From NCBI RefSeq assembly GCF_053078305.1, contig NZ_CP166878.1: 32,715 bases of DNA. One strand, written 5' to 3'. Both the position numbers and the translations under genes were made by a program. The notes beneath the pieces are model-generated. The model had not been told where the DNA came from. It searched no databases and saw only the letters and a program-made list of their open reading frames with translations. How positions within the stretch are numbered: position 1 is the stretch's first letter; each line of letters starts with the position of its first letter. Below are positions 8,110 through 17,644 of this stretch, in pieces. The stretch is from a plasmid.

Positions 8110-8924
8110 GAAAACAACTTGCAGTAGTCTTGTTTTCTGTAATGACAGGATTGATTACAACACCTGCTATTTCTGGCGTTCCTGTTGCGGATGCTGCTCA
8201 GATTCTTGGTCAGGCCAGGGCTATGATGCAGGATATCAAAAACTATAAAGAATATATGGAACAGACAATTCTCAATAATAAAGAATTGCTGGAAGCATAT
8301 AAGCAATACAACCAGATGCTTGAGGATTATAAGCAAATTTTACGTGAGGCCGAAGGGCTGAAAGATAAACTTTCATCGATTGACTATAAGAATTTTATGG
8401 ATGAAATAGCCCTTATCTCTAACCAGTTCGATCCCGTTTATGGCGGGGGGCGTATGGTTAAAAATACGGGTAATGCGCCGTGGGATAAAGCCTATGAGCG
8501 TAATTTGTTGCTTAATGGCTATGGGCTTACAAACGAAGAATATGCCGAAATGCTGGCAGCGATACCATATACGAGTGATGACCGCGAACGTGCCCGGCAG
8601 ATGTTTGAATATAGGCAGCGCAGGGTTGTTGAAGGGATTTCAAAAGATGCCTTTGTTGGTGAATTGCAAATACAATTAAAAAAGCAAGGAAAAACTCTAG
8701 GGGAATTACAGGAAAGACGTTTAAGGTTAGGTGATAACGATACGACAGCCTCTATCCAGTTTTTAGCTGAACAAAATGAACAACTGTTACAACAAATTCA
8801 GAGTTTACAGTTACAGCAAGCAGAGGCGATGAAATATAGTGGTCGTCTTGAGGATCACTATTTTAACAAGCGAGCGCAACAGGAAGAATTAAAGGCACGT
8901 CAGTTACAGAGGGCATGGCAATGA
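8106..8924 (+). CDS. VirB5/TrbJ-like periplasmic T4SS protein
   Basis: The ORF has a signal peptide followed by GVPVADAAQILGQARAMMQD and long Q/E/K-rich coiled-coil segments, as in TrbJ/VirB5. Its start overlaps the virB4 stop codon (ATGA). Confidence 0.6.
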   Translation: MRKQLAVVLFSVMTGLITTPAISGVPVADAAQILGQARAMMQDIKNYKEYMEQTILNNKELLEAYKQYNQMLEDYKQILREAEGLKDKLSSIDYKNFMDEIALISNQFDPVYGGGRMVKNTGNAPWDKAYERNLLLNGYGLTNEEYAEMLAAIPYTSDDRERARQMFEYRQRRVVEGISKDAFVGELQIQLKKQGKTLGELQERRLRLGDNDTTASIQFLAEQNEQLLQQIQSLQLQQAEAMKYSGRLEDHYFNKRAQQEELKARQLQRAWQ

Positions 8925-9388
8925 AAAAATATCTGATTCTTTTCTTCATGATGTTTTCAGCCTCGGCAATGGCTAAGATTGGCTATGTTGATGAGCATCA
9001 AAAGGAAGTTGACCTAAAAATTGACGCTCTGATTTCTAAATATGAAAAAGAATGTGAAGGTAAACGCAATAGTAATATGTGTAAATCCCAGGCATGGGAT
9101 AAGGCTCATTTTGAATATGAAGATGAATTTAGAGGCGAAGATAAATATAATCATAAGCATTATGATGGCCTGACAAAAGATCAGGCAGTCGCGAAGTTAC
9201 ATGAACTTATTAAATTGCATAATATTGTTTCTAAAGATGAACGCAATCCTGAAAGTTGGCCTGGAAAATTAGACACACTAACTATTAATGGTGAGATTAA
9301 CTATATAGTTAGAAAACACTGGCCAGCATGGATTAATCCATGTGATAAGATTTGTGCGGAACTGTTACTTAGACAAATAGGTAAATGA
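8915..9388 (+). CDS. Secreted Cys-containing protein of unknown function
   Basis: The ORF has a signal peptide (LILFFMMFSASAMA). It sits between the VirB5-like and VirB6-like genes, which is the slot used by entry-exclusion genes in IncN and IncP systems. The function is only a positional guess. Confidence 0.5.
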   Translation: MAMKKYLILFFMMFSASAMAKIGYVDEHQKEVDLKIDALISKYEKECEGKRNSNMCKSQAWDKAHFEYEDEFRGEDKYNHKHYDGLTKDQAVAKLHELIKLHNIVSKDERNPESWPGKLDTLTINGEINYIVRKHWPAWINPCDKICAELLLRQIGK

Positions 9389-9417
9389 TGTAGCGTTTAA
9401 CAGGCTATATCTTTAAT

Positions 9418-10419
9418 TTGGGGGCTATTATGCTTCGAGGATTCTTTTTGTCTTTAATTAACAGACTCTTATTTGTAGTCCTGTTTTTATCTGTCTCATT
9501 TTATGCCAGTGCAGAAACAGCTATGCGCACAAACTTTCAGAATGGCGTAAGTGAGATGGTTAATAAAATACTAAATAGCCCGGATAGTGATTTACGTGTC
9601 TGGACTATTGCCGCATCAACTTTCCTGGCTGCGGTAACGGCATTCGTCTATTTCTGGCGGTTCGTGGAAAATGGTGGGGCGTTAGTTGATTTATTCACGC
9701 TTGCAATCATGTTTATGTTATCAATGTCATTGCTTGCTTCTTACTCAATGGTTGTTGATACTATCACAGGCGCTTTTTATGCGATATCAAATACACTACA
9801 GAAACTGGCGTTAGGTAATATTAAGCCGAGTTTTCTGCAAAATTTTGTAGAGGGCGTGTTAACAAAGGCTATTTCAGCACCATCGGTTGATATTTTTGAT
9901 GGCATGAATATGGTTGGCATGGCGCTCTTGTGGGAAATATGTTCTGCTATTTTGTCTGTTGCTATATATCTTGCTGATGTTTGGATTGATGTTGGGACAG
10001 CAATAGCAAAAATTACAGGTGTTATGTTTATTCCTTTTTTGGTTGCGCCAGCAACAAGAGGAATTTTTGATGGATGGTTTAAATTCTATATTGGATGGGG
10101 GCTTGCAGCGGTTGTACTTAAAATAACATCTATTGTGGTAATGATAATGATCAGGGCATCAATTAACTCTGCGGGTAGTTTCCAGGGCGCTGGCGATGTT
10201 ATCGCGTCAGATGGTACTGTTAATGGCGTTCTTAATATAACAGCTAATAATATCAGCTTGTTACGTGATATTTGTGCATATTCTGTAATCGCTGCAATTA
10301 TGGTGTTCAGTTGTTTTATATTTGCGTACATGATTGGTTCTGGTGTCGGCTCTGCAAGTCAGGGTTTGAATAATATGGCAGTAAAACTAGCCAAGAAAGC
10401 GGCTAAAGCATTATTGTAA
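9418..10419 (+). CDS. VirB6/TrbL-like polytopic membrane protein
   Basis: The 333-aa ORF has at least six hydrophobic segments and lies after the VirB5-like gene. The ATG at 9430 is the more likely start. Confidence 0.7.
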   Translation: MGAIMLRGFFLSLINRLLFVVLFLSVSFYASAETAMRTNFQNGVSEMVNKILNSPDSDLRVWTIAASTFLAAVTAFVYFWRFVENGGALVDLFTLAIMFMLSMSLLASYSMVVDTITGAFYAISNTLQKLALGNIKPSFLQNFVEGVLTKAISAPSVDIFDGMNMVGMALLWEICSAILSVAIYLADVWIDVGTAIAKITGVMFIPFLVAPATRGIFDGWFKFYIGWGLAAVVLKITSIVVMIMIRASINSAGSFQGAGDVIASDGTVNGVLNITANNISLLRDICAYSVIAAIMVFSCFIFAYMIGSGVGSASQGLNNMAVKLAKKAAKALL

Positions 10420-10428
10420 GGTGAACGT

Positions 10429-11148
10429 ATGCTGCTTGAAAAAAAAGAAGTCGAAAAAGTAAATCGCACAGCCTTTAAGGATCGTGTTGGTGAACTAAAA
10501 AAAGACAGAAATTTGTTTTTCTGGATTGCCTTGCTTCTTGCCGGGACGACGATATATCAGTCATATTCTGTTCAGGAGGCAATAGAGAAAAGCCAGAATA
10601 CTACAGAAGTAGTATGGGTGAAATTATTGCCTGATGGTTCACATAAAATATCACAATTTACGCCAGACAATGAGCAGCCTATATATACACCAACAGTGAA
10701 CTCATTGCTGTCAAAGTATATGCAGAAGCGCTATGGACAGTTAAAAGAGACTATAGAACGGGATTATGCAGAAGCGGCAGTATTTATGTCTCCTGTACTT
10801 ACAGGGGAGTTTGCCGATCCCAAAGGGTTTAATGTCGCTCAGAAAGTTGTGGATATTCAGGCCGATATGGCAGCAAAAAGGATTGATATAGAAATAAAAG
10901 ATATTGACCATTATGACGCGATAGAAGGTCAGTTTGATGGTGATGTCAAACCTGTAATTCGAACGCTTGTTACTTATCAGGAGATAACAAGGGATTATCA
11001 GGGTAAAGAAATTTCATCGGTTCAACAAATGAGGCGTCTTCAATGGACGTTGTTACAACGTAACGAACTTAGTAAACAATCGCTGGACTGGCTTAACATC
11101 AATCCGCTGGGAATCCAGATTATTGATGATAAATCCGTACAACAGTAA
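10429..11148 (+). CDS. virB8: VirB8-family protein
   Basis: The ORF has a cytoplasmic N-terminus and a single transmembrane helix (LFFWIALLLAGTTIY). Its periplasmic domain ends with the conserved VirB8 motif INPLGIQI. Confidence 0.8.
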   Translation: MLLEKKEVEKVNRTAFKDRVGELKKDRNLFFWIALLLAGTTIYQSYSVQEAIEKSQNTTEVVWVKLLPDGSHKISQFTPDNEQPIYTPTVNSLLSKYMQKRYGQLKETIERDYAEAAVFMSPVLTGEFADPKGFNVAQKVVDIQADMAAKRIDIEIKDIDHYDAIEGQFDGDVKPVIRTLVTYQEITRDYQGKEISSVQQMRRLQWTLLQRNELSKQSLDWLNINPLGIQIIDDKSVQQ

Positions 11149-11160
11149 AGGAACTTAATC

Positions 11161-11994
11161 ATGTTAGCGAAAAGAACTCTCTTATTTTCTGGAGTCCTGG
11201 CTGTTGTCATGACTACGTTCAGTGCAACAGCACAGCAATGTAGAGTGGTTAACTGGCGGCCTGGAACAATAGTTAAAGTGCAGTCCGCTTTATATCTGGG
11301 AACTCGTATAGAACTGCCGGAAGGCTCAATGTTATTAACGAAAGAACCCTTTTCTTCTAATGCGCTATGGGCCAGCACGGGAGCCGCAAATCAGGTCATG
11401 ATTCAGCCTACCAGCGAAGAGCCGGAAGGGCTGAAAACGATGGTAACAGTATTTATGACTAACGGGCAGACGCTGGATATTGAGGCTGTTCGGGTATCTC
11501 AGAACCAGAATCAACAGTGTGTTCAGATCCGTGGTGCAGGTATGCGTTCCGCAGACAGAAGTGCATTAAACACGGCTTACAGTATGGGAGCATCCGGGGC
11601 TGATGTGGCTCGTTTACAGAATGAAGTGAATACATTGCGGAGTAACAGAGAAAGCGAAGTCAAAAACGCAGTTCTTGAAGCTCTTCGTCGATACCGATAT
11701 TTCATTTATACCCGTTATAACTGGACGACAGGTAAAGGTTTTAGCGGAAAGAATATGATCTCTGATGTTTATGATGACGGGCGTTTTACTTATATCCGTA
11801 TCGCAAAACCGAATCGTGGATTACTTGCGGTACATGCAGATGTCGGAGGAAAACCAGCGGTTATTCCTACCAAGTACGACGATGCATATGCCATTTATCA
11901 TATGTCAGGGATATATCCCAAATTTACCCTTACCCTGGATGGCGTAAAGCTGGAAGTCAGCCGTGCGGATAATGCGACTGATGGGGAGAGCTAA
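11161..11994 (+). CDS. virB9: VirB9/TrbG-family outer-membrane core protein
   Basis: The ORF has a signal peptide. The C-terminal DGRFTYIRIAKPNRGLLAVHADVGGKPAVIP block is typical of VirB9, and the gene lies between the virB8 and virB10 homologues. Confidence 0.75.
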   Translation: MLAKRTLLFSGVLAVVMTTFSATAQQCRVVNWRPGTIVKVQSALYLGTRIELPEGSMLLTKEPFSSNALWASTGAANQVMIQPTSEEPEGLKTMVTVFMTNGQTLDIEAVRVSQNQNQQCVQIRGAGMRSADRSALNTAYSMGASGADVARLQNEVNTLRSNRESEVKNAVLEALRRYRYFIYTRYNWTTGKGFSGKNMISDVYDDGRFTYIRIAKPNRGLLAVHADVGGKPAVIPTKYDDAYAIYHMSGIYPKFTLTLDGVKLEVSRADNATDGES

Positions 11995-11996
11995 TT

Positions 11997-13403
11997 ATGG
12001 AAGAACGTCAGGAGAAAGTAGAAGAAAAACCAGCTACTTACCGTAAAAAAATACAGTATTACGCTTTTGGTACTTTTGGTGTGATCCTGGTAATTCTTTT
12101 TATCAATATGGTGATAAGTATTGCCTCAAGGAACGAGGAAGAACCAAAGGAAAATGCGAAACAGGAAACTGCCAGCACTGCGCCAAATACAACGGAAAAG
12201 TTTAATGCGTTACTGAAAAACAGTGGTGCACGTCCTTCTGCCTCCGTTAATCAGGCTAATACGGTTGGAAATAAGGATAGTGCCAGTAATGGAAATCCGA
12301 ATAGTGAAACAGATAAAAAACCTGTTCACCCTTACAGCCGGGAAAAAGAGGCGTCTCAGGAGAGGGGGGCGAGAGCAAGTGATGCGGGGTCACCTGATGA
12401 AATCAGGGCACGCTTTAAGGCTGATGAGATTAACCGAGCACTGCGTGCCAGGTCAGATAAAACAAATTTTGACAGCACTAAAAATACGGTTGCGGGTAGT
12501 GGTAATGCATATGCCCCGGCAGCATCGTTTACCGGAAACCGGACTAATGCGCAGCGTATCAGCGATATAAACGCAGAGCAGAATGGATTGCAGGAACGTA
12601 TCCAAATGATGGAATCAAAAGTTCGTGCTGATGAAGCCGCTTTGCCTGGACGACTGGAAGAAGCCCGGATACGTGGGGAACAGCAATTTGCAGAAGCCCG
12701 ACAGGGTGGAGCAGGAAGTAACGCGACATCGGTAACTAAGGGGAGTACCCAGAGCGTACCGTCCGGTGTTGTGGGATATACAGCCAGTAATCCTTATGGG
12801 GCAAGTGTTGATGGAATGATGAAGTTGCCAGTAGGTACGGTCCTGAATGCCATTACCACATTTACGGCTATTTCTGATTATTCCGGCGGCTCAATGAAGG
12901 CCATGCTTACGCATGATATCTATGATGCGACGCATAGCTACATTCTTGCGCCTAAAGGAAGTGAGTTCGTTATCAGGGTCGTTAAAGCCTCCCAGGTAAA
13001 CGAAATCCTTCAAAGCCGTATTGGATTCCAGGTTACATGGCTTGTATTGCCTGATGGTAACAGGGTCGATTTTAAAACCTCGTCGTCTCTTGACCGAATG
13101 GGGACTCCGGCGGTTGAAGGCGATGAGGTGGACAGGCATTTGCTCGCTCAGTTTCTTGGCGTAGCGGCCTATGCCCTTGTGGGGACGAAAACCAGCTACG
13201 AAGGCTCAGGTGATAGTAACGAGAGTTTTGCCGGGAATTTTGGCGAAGGCGCTCGTACTCAGGCAGGAAATATCGCTCAAAAATACCTCCAGGTTGTGCC
13301 TACAACAACGTTACATGCGGGAGCACCGATCAGGGTCTTTACCGAAGATGAGATATACATGAAGCCGTGGAGAAATATTTATGAAACGGATTATACGGGC
13401 TGA
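11997..13403 (+). CDS. virB10: VirB10/TrbI-family core protein
   Basis: The 468-aa ORF has an N-terminal transmembrane helix and a long low-complexity linker. Its C-terminal beta-barrel-type domain includes LPVGTVLNAITTFTAISDYSGG and GAPIRVF. Confidence 0.8.
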   Translation: MEERQEKVEEKPATYRKKIQYYAFGTFGVILVILFINMVISIASRNEEEPKENAKQETASTAPNTTEKFNALLKNSGARPSASVNQANTVGNKDSASNGNPNSETDKKPVHPYSREKEASQERGARASDAGSPDEIRARFKADEINRALRARSDKTNFDSTKNTVAGSGNAYAPAASFTGNRTNAQRISDINAEQNGLQERIQMMESKVRADEAALPGRLEEARIRGEQQFAEARQGGAGSNATSVTKGSTQSVPSGVVGYTASNPYGASVDGMMKLPVGTVLNAITTFTAISDYSGGSMKAMLTHDIYDATHSYILAPKGSEFVIRVVKASQVNEILQSRIGFQVTWLVLPDGNRVDFKTSSSLDRMGTPAVEGDEVDRHLLAQFLGVAAYALVGTKTSYEGSGDSNESFAGNFGEGARTQAGNIAQKYLQVVPTTTLHAGAPIRVFTEDEIYMKPWRNIYETDYTG

Positions 13404-13875
13404 AATATTGTTTTTTGCTGCATTCTTTGCATTTTCCTGTCAGGCAGCAAGAAGTCCTTTCCAGGTAGACAGGATGCGAGAAAGTGCGCCTGTTCAGATA
13501 TCACAGCAGGATGTGCATGTGCAGGGAAACTTTCAGGAGTTACAACCACTGGACAGGAACCAGAAAGATCCTCGCTGGCAGTATATCGATCCGTTGAGTG
13601 TTTACATGCGTACAGTTTGGCCCGATAACATCAGGACTATCAGAGCAGCGGTGAACTATCTCCTTGAACCAACAGGATATCGCCTGGTAACGAGTCATCC
13701 GGCACCGCGTGAGGCTTCCCTTCTTGTTGATAAGCCATTACCGCCAATTGCCAGAATGCAACGCACAATGCCCGTAGTTGATGCTCTTCAGTTGCTGGTT
13801 GGGCTTGATAATTATGTTGTTATTGATCGTGCCCACAGGCTGGTTTCATTTCAGAAAAATGGGGGCGGTGTATGA
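13381..13875 (+). CDS. Secreted T4SS-operon protein, possibly PilL/TcpQ-like
   Basis: The ORF has a signal peptide (ILFFAAFFAFSCQA) and overlaps the virB10 3' end by 23 nt. The segment IRAAVNYLLEPTGYRLV resembles PilL-type proteins of integrative conjugative elements, but that recollection is weak. Confidence 0.45.
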   Translation: MKRIIRAEILFFAAFFAFSCQAARSPFQVDRMRESAPVQISQQDVHVQGNFQELQPLDRNQKDPRWQYIDPLSVYMRTVWPDNIRTIRAAVNYLLEPTGYRLVTSHPAPREASLLVDKPLPPIARMQRTMPVVDALQLLVGLDNYVVIDRAHRLVSFQKNGGGV

Positions 13876-14096
13876 AGGAATGGTGTATGCGGATTATTTT
13901 TGTTGCTTTCCTGGCTATTGCAACGGTGATTCTTTGCTTATTTATGACGGGGTGTGCACAACGTTATGAGAGTGGTCATGATCAGCTTTTCGAACTGTCA
14001 GAACGCCATATCATTTACCGGGATCTGACTGTTCCGGCATCGATGAGCAATTTGCCGGAGAAGCAGCAGATAAGCGTACCGGGGATTGAGCCGTGA
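13872..14096 (+). CDS. Small lipoprotein (VirB7-like role)
   Basis: The 74-aa ORF has the lipobox LFMTGC and an ATGA overlap with the upstream gene. Its size and lipidation fit VirB7-type lipoproteins. Confidence 0.5.
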   Translation: MKEWCMRIIFVAFLAIATVILCLFMTGCAQRYESGHDQLFELSERHIIYRDLTVPASMSNLPEKQQISVPGIEP

Positions 14097-14770
14097 ACGT
14101 CCGGTTAATTTTCATGCTGGCGTTTCTGATATCTGGCGGTATCAGCGCATCAACGGATGAAGAAATTCTACTGGCGTCGATAACCGCGCCAGGAGTTACC
14201 AGCTTTACCGATGAATCACCTTCTTCGGAATGGATTACAGCGATGCAGGGACGTTGGGGGAGTACAACTGATATGAAGGATATGCGTAGTTTGCGCGAGA
14301 TAAGAGAAGCGGTGATTGCTGAAATTAATGCCGTATCAGAGCCGGTGGTGGAGAAAACAGGGCCAGAAAACAAAGAATCGACCACAGGAATAAAAATATC
14401 TGAAAAAATACAGGCGATAATCAATAAATACGCAGAAAAATATCAAATTAGTGAAACTTTGTTGAAAGCGTTAATTAAAACGGAGTCTGGATTTAATCCA
14501 AACGCTGTCAGCAGAAAAGGTGCAAAGGGACTGATGCAGTTAATGCCTGTACATACCAAAAGGCATAATGCTGATCCCTTTGATGTTGAAACCAATGTGA
14601 AAATTGGTACAGGGCATCTTTCATATCTTCTCGATAAATACGGGGATTTACGGCTTGCTCTGGCTGCATATAACGCTGGGGAAGGTGCTGTTGATAAATA
14701 TGGCGGTATCCCCCCTTATAAGGAAACACAACAGTATGTAAATAAGATCATGGCAATGTTAGGAGGTTAA
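14093..14770 (+). CDS. virB1: VirB1-like lytic transglycosylase (SLT domain)
   Basis: The ORF has a signal peptide and the SLT motifs IKTESGFNPNAVSRKGAKGLMQLMP and AAYNAGEGAV. It starts with GTG. Confidence 0.85.
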   Translation: MNVRLIFMLAFLISGGISASTDEEILLASITAPGVTSFTDESPSSEWITAMQGRWGSTTDMKDMRSLREIREAVIAEINAVSEPVVEKTGPENKESTTGIKISEKIQAIINKYAEKYQISETLLKALIKTESGFNPNAVSRKGAKGLMQLMPVHTKRHNADPFDVETNVKIGTGHLSYLLDKYGDLRLALAAYNAGEGAVDKYGGIPPYKETQQYVNKIMAMLGG

Positions 14771-14772
14771 AT

Positions 14773-15132
14773 ATGACAAAAATAAAGATACTGATATTTG
14801 CAGCTTTTGTCTCATTTGGAACCGTGCATAGCGCCAGCGCGGAAAATGGAAGTGATGCTCTGTCACTGACAGGAGAATTTCTTGAGCAACCTGTTAACAG
14901 TAGTGATCCATGTACTGTTTTTCTCTGTATGGCTGGAATGCTTAAGGGGGAATCGCCTGGTGAATGTAGTGGGGCAAAGAAAAAATTTTTCAGCATTATC
15001 AAAAGGAAGCATGGCAGTTTTCATCCAGGAAGAACATTTAATGCCCGGAAAGCGTTTCTTGGTGATTGTCCGTCAGCACCTGGAGATATTGTAGGCAAGA
15101 TACTTGATAAATACGGAAAATTACGCTGGTAA
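14773..15132 (+). CDS. TrbM-like periplasmic protein
   Basis: The ORF has a signal peptide. Its Cys pattern (C..FLCMAG...P.EC...KKFF.I...R..FL..CP) parallels the IncP TrbM pattern as I remember it. Confidence 0.55.
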   Translation: MTKIKILIFAAFVSFGTVHSASAENGSDALSLTGEFLEQPVNSSDPCTVFLCMAGMLKGESPGECSGAKKKFFSIIKRKHGSFHPGRTFNARKAFLGDCPSAPGDIVGKILDKYGKLRW

Positions 15133-15147
15133 CAGAAGGGGTAAACA

Positions 15148-15591
15148 GTGGCAAGAAAAGGTGTAAATGAAGTCACCCTAGTTGGTTTTGTTGGTAATGC
15201 TCCGGTGATATCTCAGGCCAGTAGCGGGGATAAGATCGCGGTTATTTCCGTTGCAACAACTGAAACATGGACGGACAGAAAGACAGGTGCTGAAAAAGAG
15301 AAAACCGAGTGGCATCGAGTTGTTATTTTCGGAAAAACAGCTGAGATAACGGAACAATATGTAAAAAAAGGCACATTGCTGTACATTCGCGGGAAACTGC
15401 AAACCCGTAAGTGGCTGGACCGAGACAATATAGAGCGTTACAGCACGGAAATTATTGTTAATCCGGCAGGGGGAGAAATGCAGATGCTGGGGAGTCGCCA
15501 GGATAAAGTAACCGGAGGAAAAGCCGGAAACGACATTCCTGAAAATGGCGCTGGCAGTACGGACAAGCAGCAAAGCAATGAAACCGACTAA
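15148..15591 (+). CDS. ssb: Single-stranded DNA-binding protein
   Basis: The OB-fold core closely matches E. coli SSB (VNEVTLVGFVG, TEWHRVVIFGK, YIRGKLQTRKW). The gene starts with GTG. The C-terminus ends in QQSNETD rather than the usual DDDIPF-type tip. Confidence 0.9.
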   Translation: MARKGVNEVTLVGFVGNAPVISQASSGDKIAVISVATTETWTDRKTGAEKEKTEWHRVVIFGKTAEITEQYVKKGTLLYIRGKLQTRKWLDRDNIERYSTEIIVNPAGGEMQMLGSRQDKVTGGKAGNDIPENGAGSTDKQQSNETD

Positions 15592-15613
15592 CGCGCCTTC
15601 GGCTTGTTCAACC

Positions 15614-15664
15614 CCGGAGTCACTCAGAAGCAAGTTCCGAGTGACCCCGGCGTTTTTGGTTTTT
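15614..15664 (+). terminator. Rho-independent terminator after ssb
   Basis: A stem (ccgg-a-gtcactc / gagtgac-c-ccgg) with one mismatch is followed by the T-rich tail gtttttggtttt. Confidence 0.65.
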
Positions 15665-15806
15665 ACTACGGGGATGATAATACCCATGAGGTTGATACTT
15701 GGCAGAGTCAGCTTGTGGGCATTATCAGGGGACTATAAAAGCCCATTTAAATTGTATTTAAATCATCCGGTAACGGCAAGAAAAATAATGTGTCATTCAG
15801 GCATAA

Positions 15807-16787
15807 GTGCAGGGCCATATGATTAGTCCGGCAATTGATTATTTTGCGGCAAACTTGCCATACCGACCTTATCACGCGAATGAATTGCTCTATGGGCTTC
15901 GTATCGATAAGGCAGCTAAAGCAGTGCTGGCGCGTTATATACAGCATAATCCACCTCATGCAATGTACTGGCTTGTTTTTGACGTTGACAGGCCAGTTGC
16001 GGCGATTGACTGGAATGATCTTAATGCGCCCACACCTAATTTTACGGTCAAAAATCCGGTTAATGGTCATGCACACCTGTTTTATGGGTTAAAAACGGCA
16101 GTTCGTGTTGCCAAAGACGGTAGCATTAAGGCGATCGAGTTTGCTGCTGCGGTAGAGCGAGGATTACGTGACAAACTTAAATCAGATATCGGCTATGCAG
16201 GGCTGATCTGTAAAAATCCTCTCCATACATGCTGGCAGGTTGTTGAATGGCGTGGAGAACTTTATGAGTTAGCTGAACTGGCTGATTATGTTGATTTGTA
16301 CGCGTCAACAGCGGCTAACGATGAACAGGCATTCGATATCGACTTTAGTTATGGGCTTGGGCGAAATTGTTGGCTCTTCAATCTGACCCGTATCTGGTCA
16401 TATACAGCAATCCGGCAGGGCTGGCCTGATTTCCCGCAATGGAAAGAAGCGGTGATTCAGCGTGTCGAAATGTATAACGTGCAGTTAAGCGTGCCTTTGT
16501 CTCACAAAGAATGTGTATGCATTGGCTCCAGCATCGCCAAATGGACGCATAGACGCTTCACTGAAGCTGGATTTGAGCAATATGTAGCTGATACCCATAC
16601 ATCAGAAATTCAGGCTCGTAGAGGGCGTAAGAATCGCTCAGAAGTGCAGGCTGCTAAGGGGCGTAAAGGTGGGAAAATATCTAAAAGAGGGATTGTTGAG
16701 GATTCTGCGCGGAGTTTGAAACCGTGGGTAGAGTTAGGGATCAGTCGGGCAACCTATTATCGACGTAGGGCAAATGAGACCAAATAA
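15807..16787 (+). CDS. rep: ColE2-type replication initiator (Replicase/primase family)
   Basis: Long stretches match my recollection of ColE2-P9 Rep: HALYWL.FDVD, NITVKNP.NGHAHL.Y, GLICKNP, AIRQGWP, VIQRVEMYN, SIAK.THR.F and SARSLKPW..LGISRATYYR. The ORF-track start is the GTG at 15807, and the ATG at 15819 is an alternative. Confidence 0.85.
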   Translation: MQGHMISPAIDYFAANLPYRPYHANELLYGLRIDKAAKAVLARYIQHNPPHAMYWLVFDVDRPVAAIDWNDLNAPTPNFTVKNPVNGHAHLFYGLKTAVRVAKDGSIKAIEFAAAVERGLRDKLKSDIGYAGLICKNPLHTCWQVVEWRGELYELAELADYVDLYASTAANDEQAFDIDFSYGLGRNCWLFNLTRIWSYTAIRQGWPDFPQWKEAVIQRVEMYNVQLSVPLSHKECVCIGSSIAKWTHRRFTEAGFEQYVADTHTSEIQARRGRKNRSEVQAAKGRKGGKISKRGIVEDSARSLKPWVELGISRATYYRRRANETK

Positions 16788-16812
16788 ACAACCTATATCA
16801 GATAACAGCACC
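16773..16812 (+). other. ColE2-type replication origin motif
   Basis: AATGAGACCAAATAAACAACCTATATCAGATAACAGCACC overlaps the rep 3' end. It resembles the ColE2 ori core as I recall it (..TGAGACCAGATAAGCCTTATCAGATAACAGCGCC..), and ColE2 places its ori directly after rep. Confidence 0.65.
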
Positions 16813-16994
16813 GGATCTTGATCCTTGCAGACAGATCCTTTGCCTTTAGTGATCTTCCGATTTTCAGGTATTGAGTCTTTTATGAGAGAGATGATAGCGC
16901 CCGCCGCAGCCCCAGCGACCGAACCGCCAGGTGAGCGAGTAGGCGAGGAGGCGCAAGGGAGTCAGAGGTTGATGTTTGCACTTACGCTCGATGT

Positions 16995-17291
16995 TTGAGC
17001 ACGGCAAGAAGACAAATGGAGAGTATGATGATGGTCTGTATACTTGTTGTGTCAAATAACGGTCGGGAAGAATTGATTGATTTTAATCCCGATCATGATT
17101 TAGCGCACATTATCAAATCATACCGGACACCAGAAAACAGGATGGTATGTATTATCCAGGATGGTAAGCGCATTCTTCGTTGGGATCGCAGTTATGCTTC
17201 CCGTGCAAAAAATCACTGGCGTAAGGTAGATCCAGACAGTTTTGAGATTTTAGGGTCTGTTGAATATCTCCGCTATGTTGGTCAGGGTTAG
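16995..17291 (+). CDS. Hypothetical protein
   Basis: This 98-aa ORF contains several internal Met codons, so the true start is uncertain. Its stop codon lies 2 bp before the Tn21-like inverted repeat at 17294. I recognise no family. Confidence 0.4.
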   Translation: MSTARRQMESMMMVCILVVSNNGREELIDFNPDHDLAHIIKSYRTPENRMVCIIQDGKRILRWDRSYASRAKNHWRKVDPDSFEILGSVEYLRYVGQG

Positions 17292-17293
17292 TT

Positions 17294-17327
17294 GGGGCGT
17301 TGAAAACGGAAAATAACCCACGCTAAG
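17294..17327 (+). repeat. Tn3-family (Tn21-like) terminal inverted repeat, outer end to the left
   Basis: GGGGCGTTGAAAACGGAAAATAACCCACGCTAAG resembles the Tn21/Tn501 inverted repeat (..CAGAAAACGGAAAATAAAGCACGCTAAG, recalled from memory). It has the family hallmarks of a GGGG start and a TAAG end. Confidence 0.7.
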
Positions 17328-17644
17328 ACTGTTTTTTAACCAGGCTATGATAATGCTATCTGTGACGGATGATGGTCGTTGCTCTTTTGTTAATGCTAAC
17401 GGATGCGTACATTAGCATTAACTTTTTGTGTTATGTTGCACGTGAATTTTTGAGTTTTAATATTTATATAATGTTATGAATATTAAAGATAAATGATGAA
17501 CATGCTTTGTGATGGCTTTTGGCGCATAGATTGATCTTAAGATCTGCGCATGTTATTTTTATGCGGTTTTGACGAATTTATAAGGGTAGGACGTTCCCGT
17601 AACAGCGTCCAGGGGAGGGGGTAGCGAATTTATAGCCCCCGGAA

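Noticed and set aside
7803-8336. Long antisense or out-of-frame ORFs inside confident genes. Examples are 7803-8336 minus, 14011-14424 minus, 15178-15687 minus, 25164-25610 minus, 11040-11378 minus and 5197-5559 minus.
   Set aside because: Each lies entirely within, or opposite to, a gene with clear family motifs (virB4/virB5, virB1, ssb, parA, virB8/9, pilin). They are shadow ORFs.
16864-17055. A 63-aa minus-strand ORF and a 37-aa plus-strand ORF in the GC-rich patch after the ColE2-type origin.
   Set aside because: There are no supporting motifs or ribosome-binding sites. The GC-rich stretch is unusual for this window, but I could not assign it a feature.
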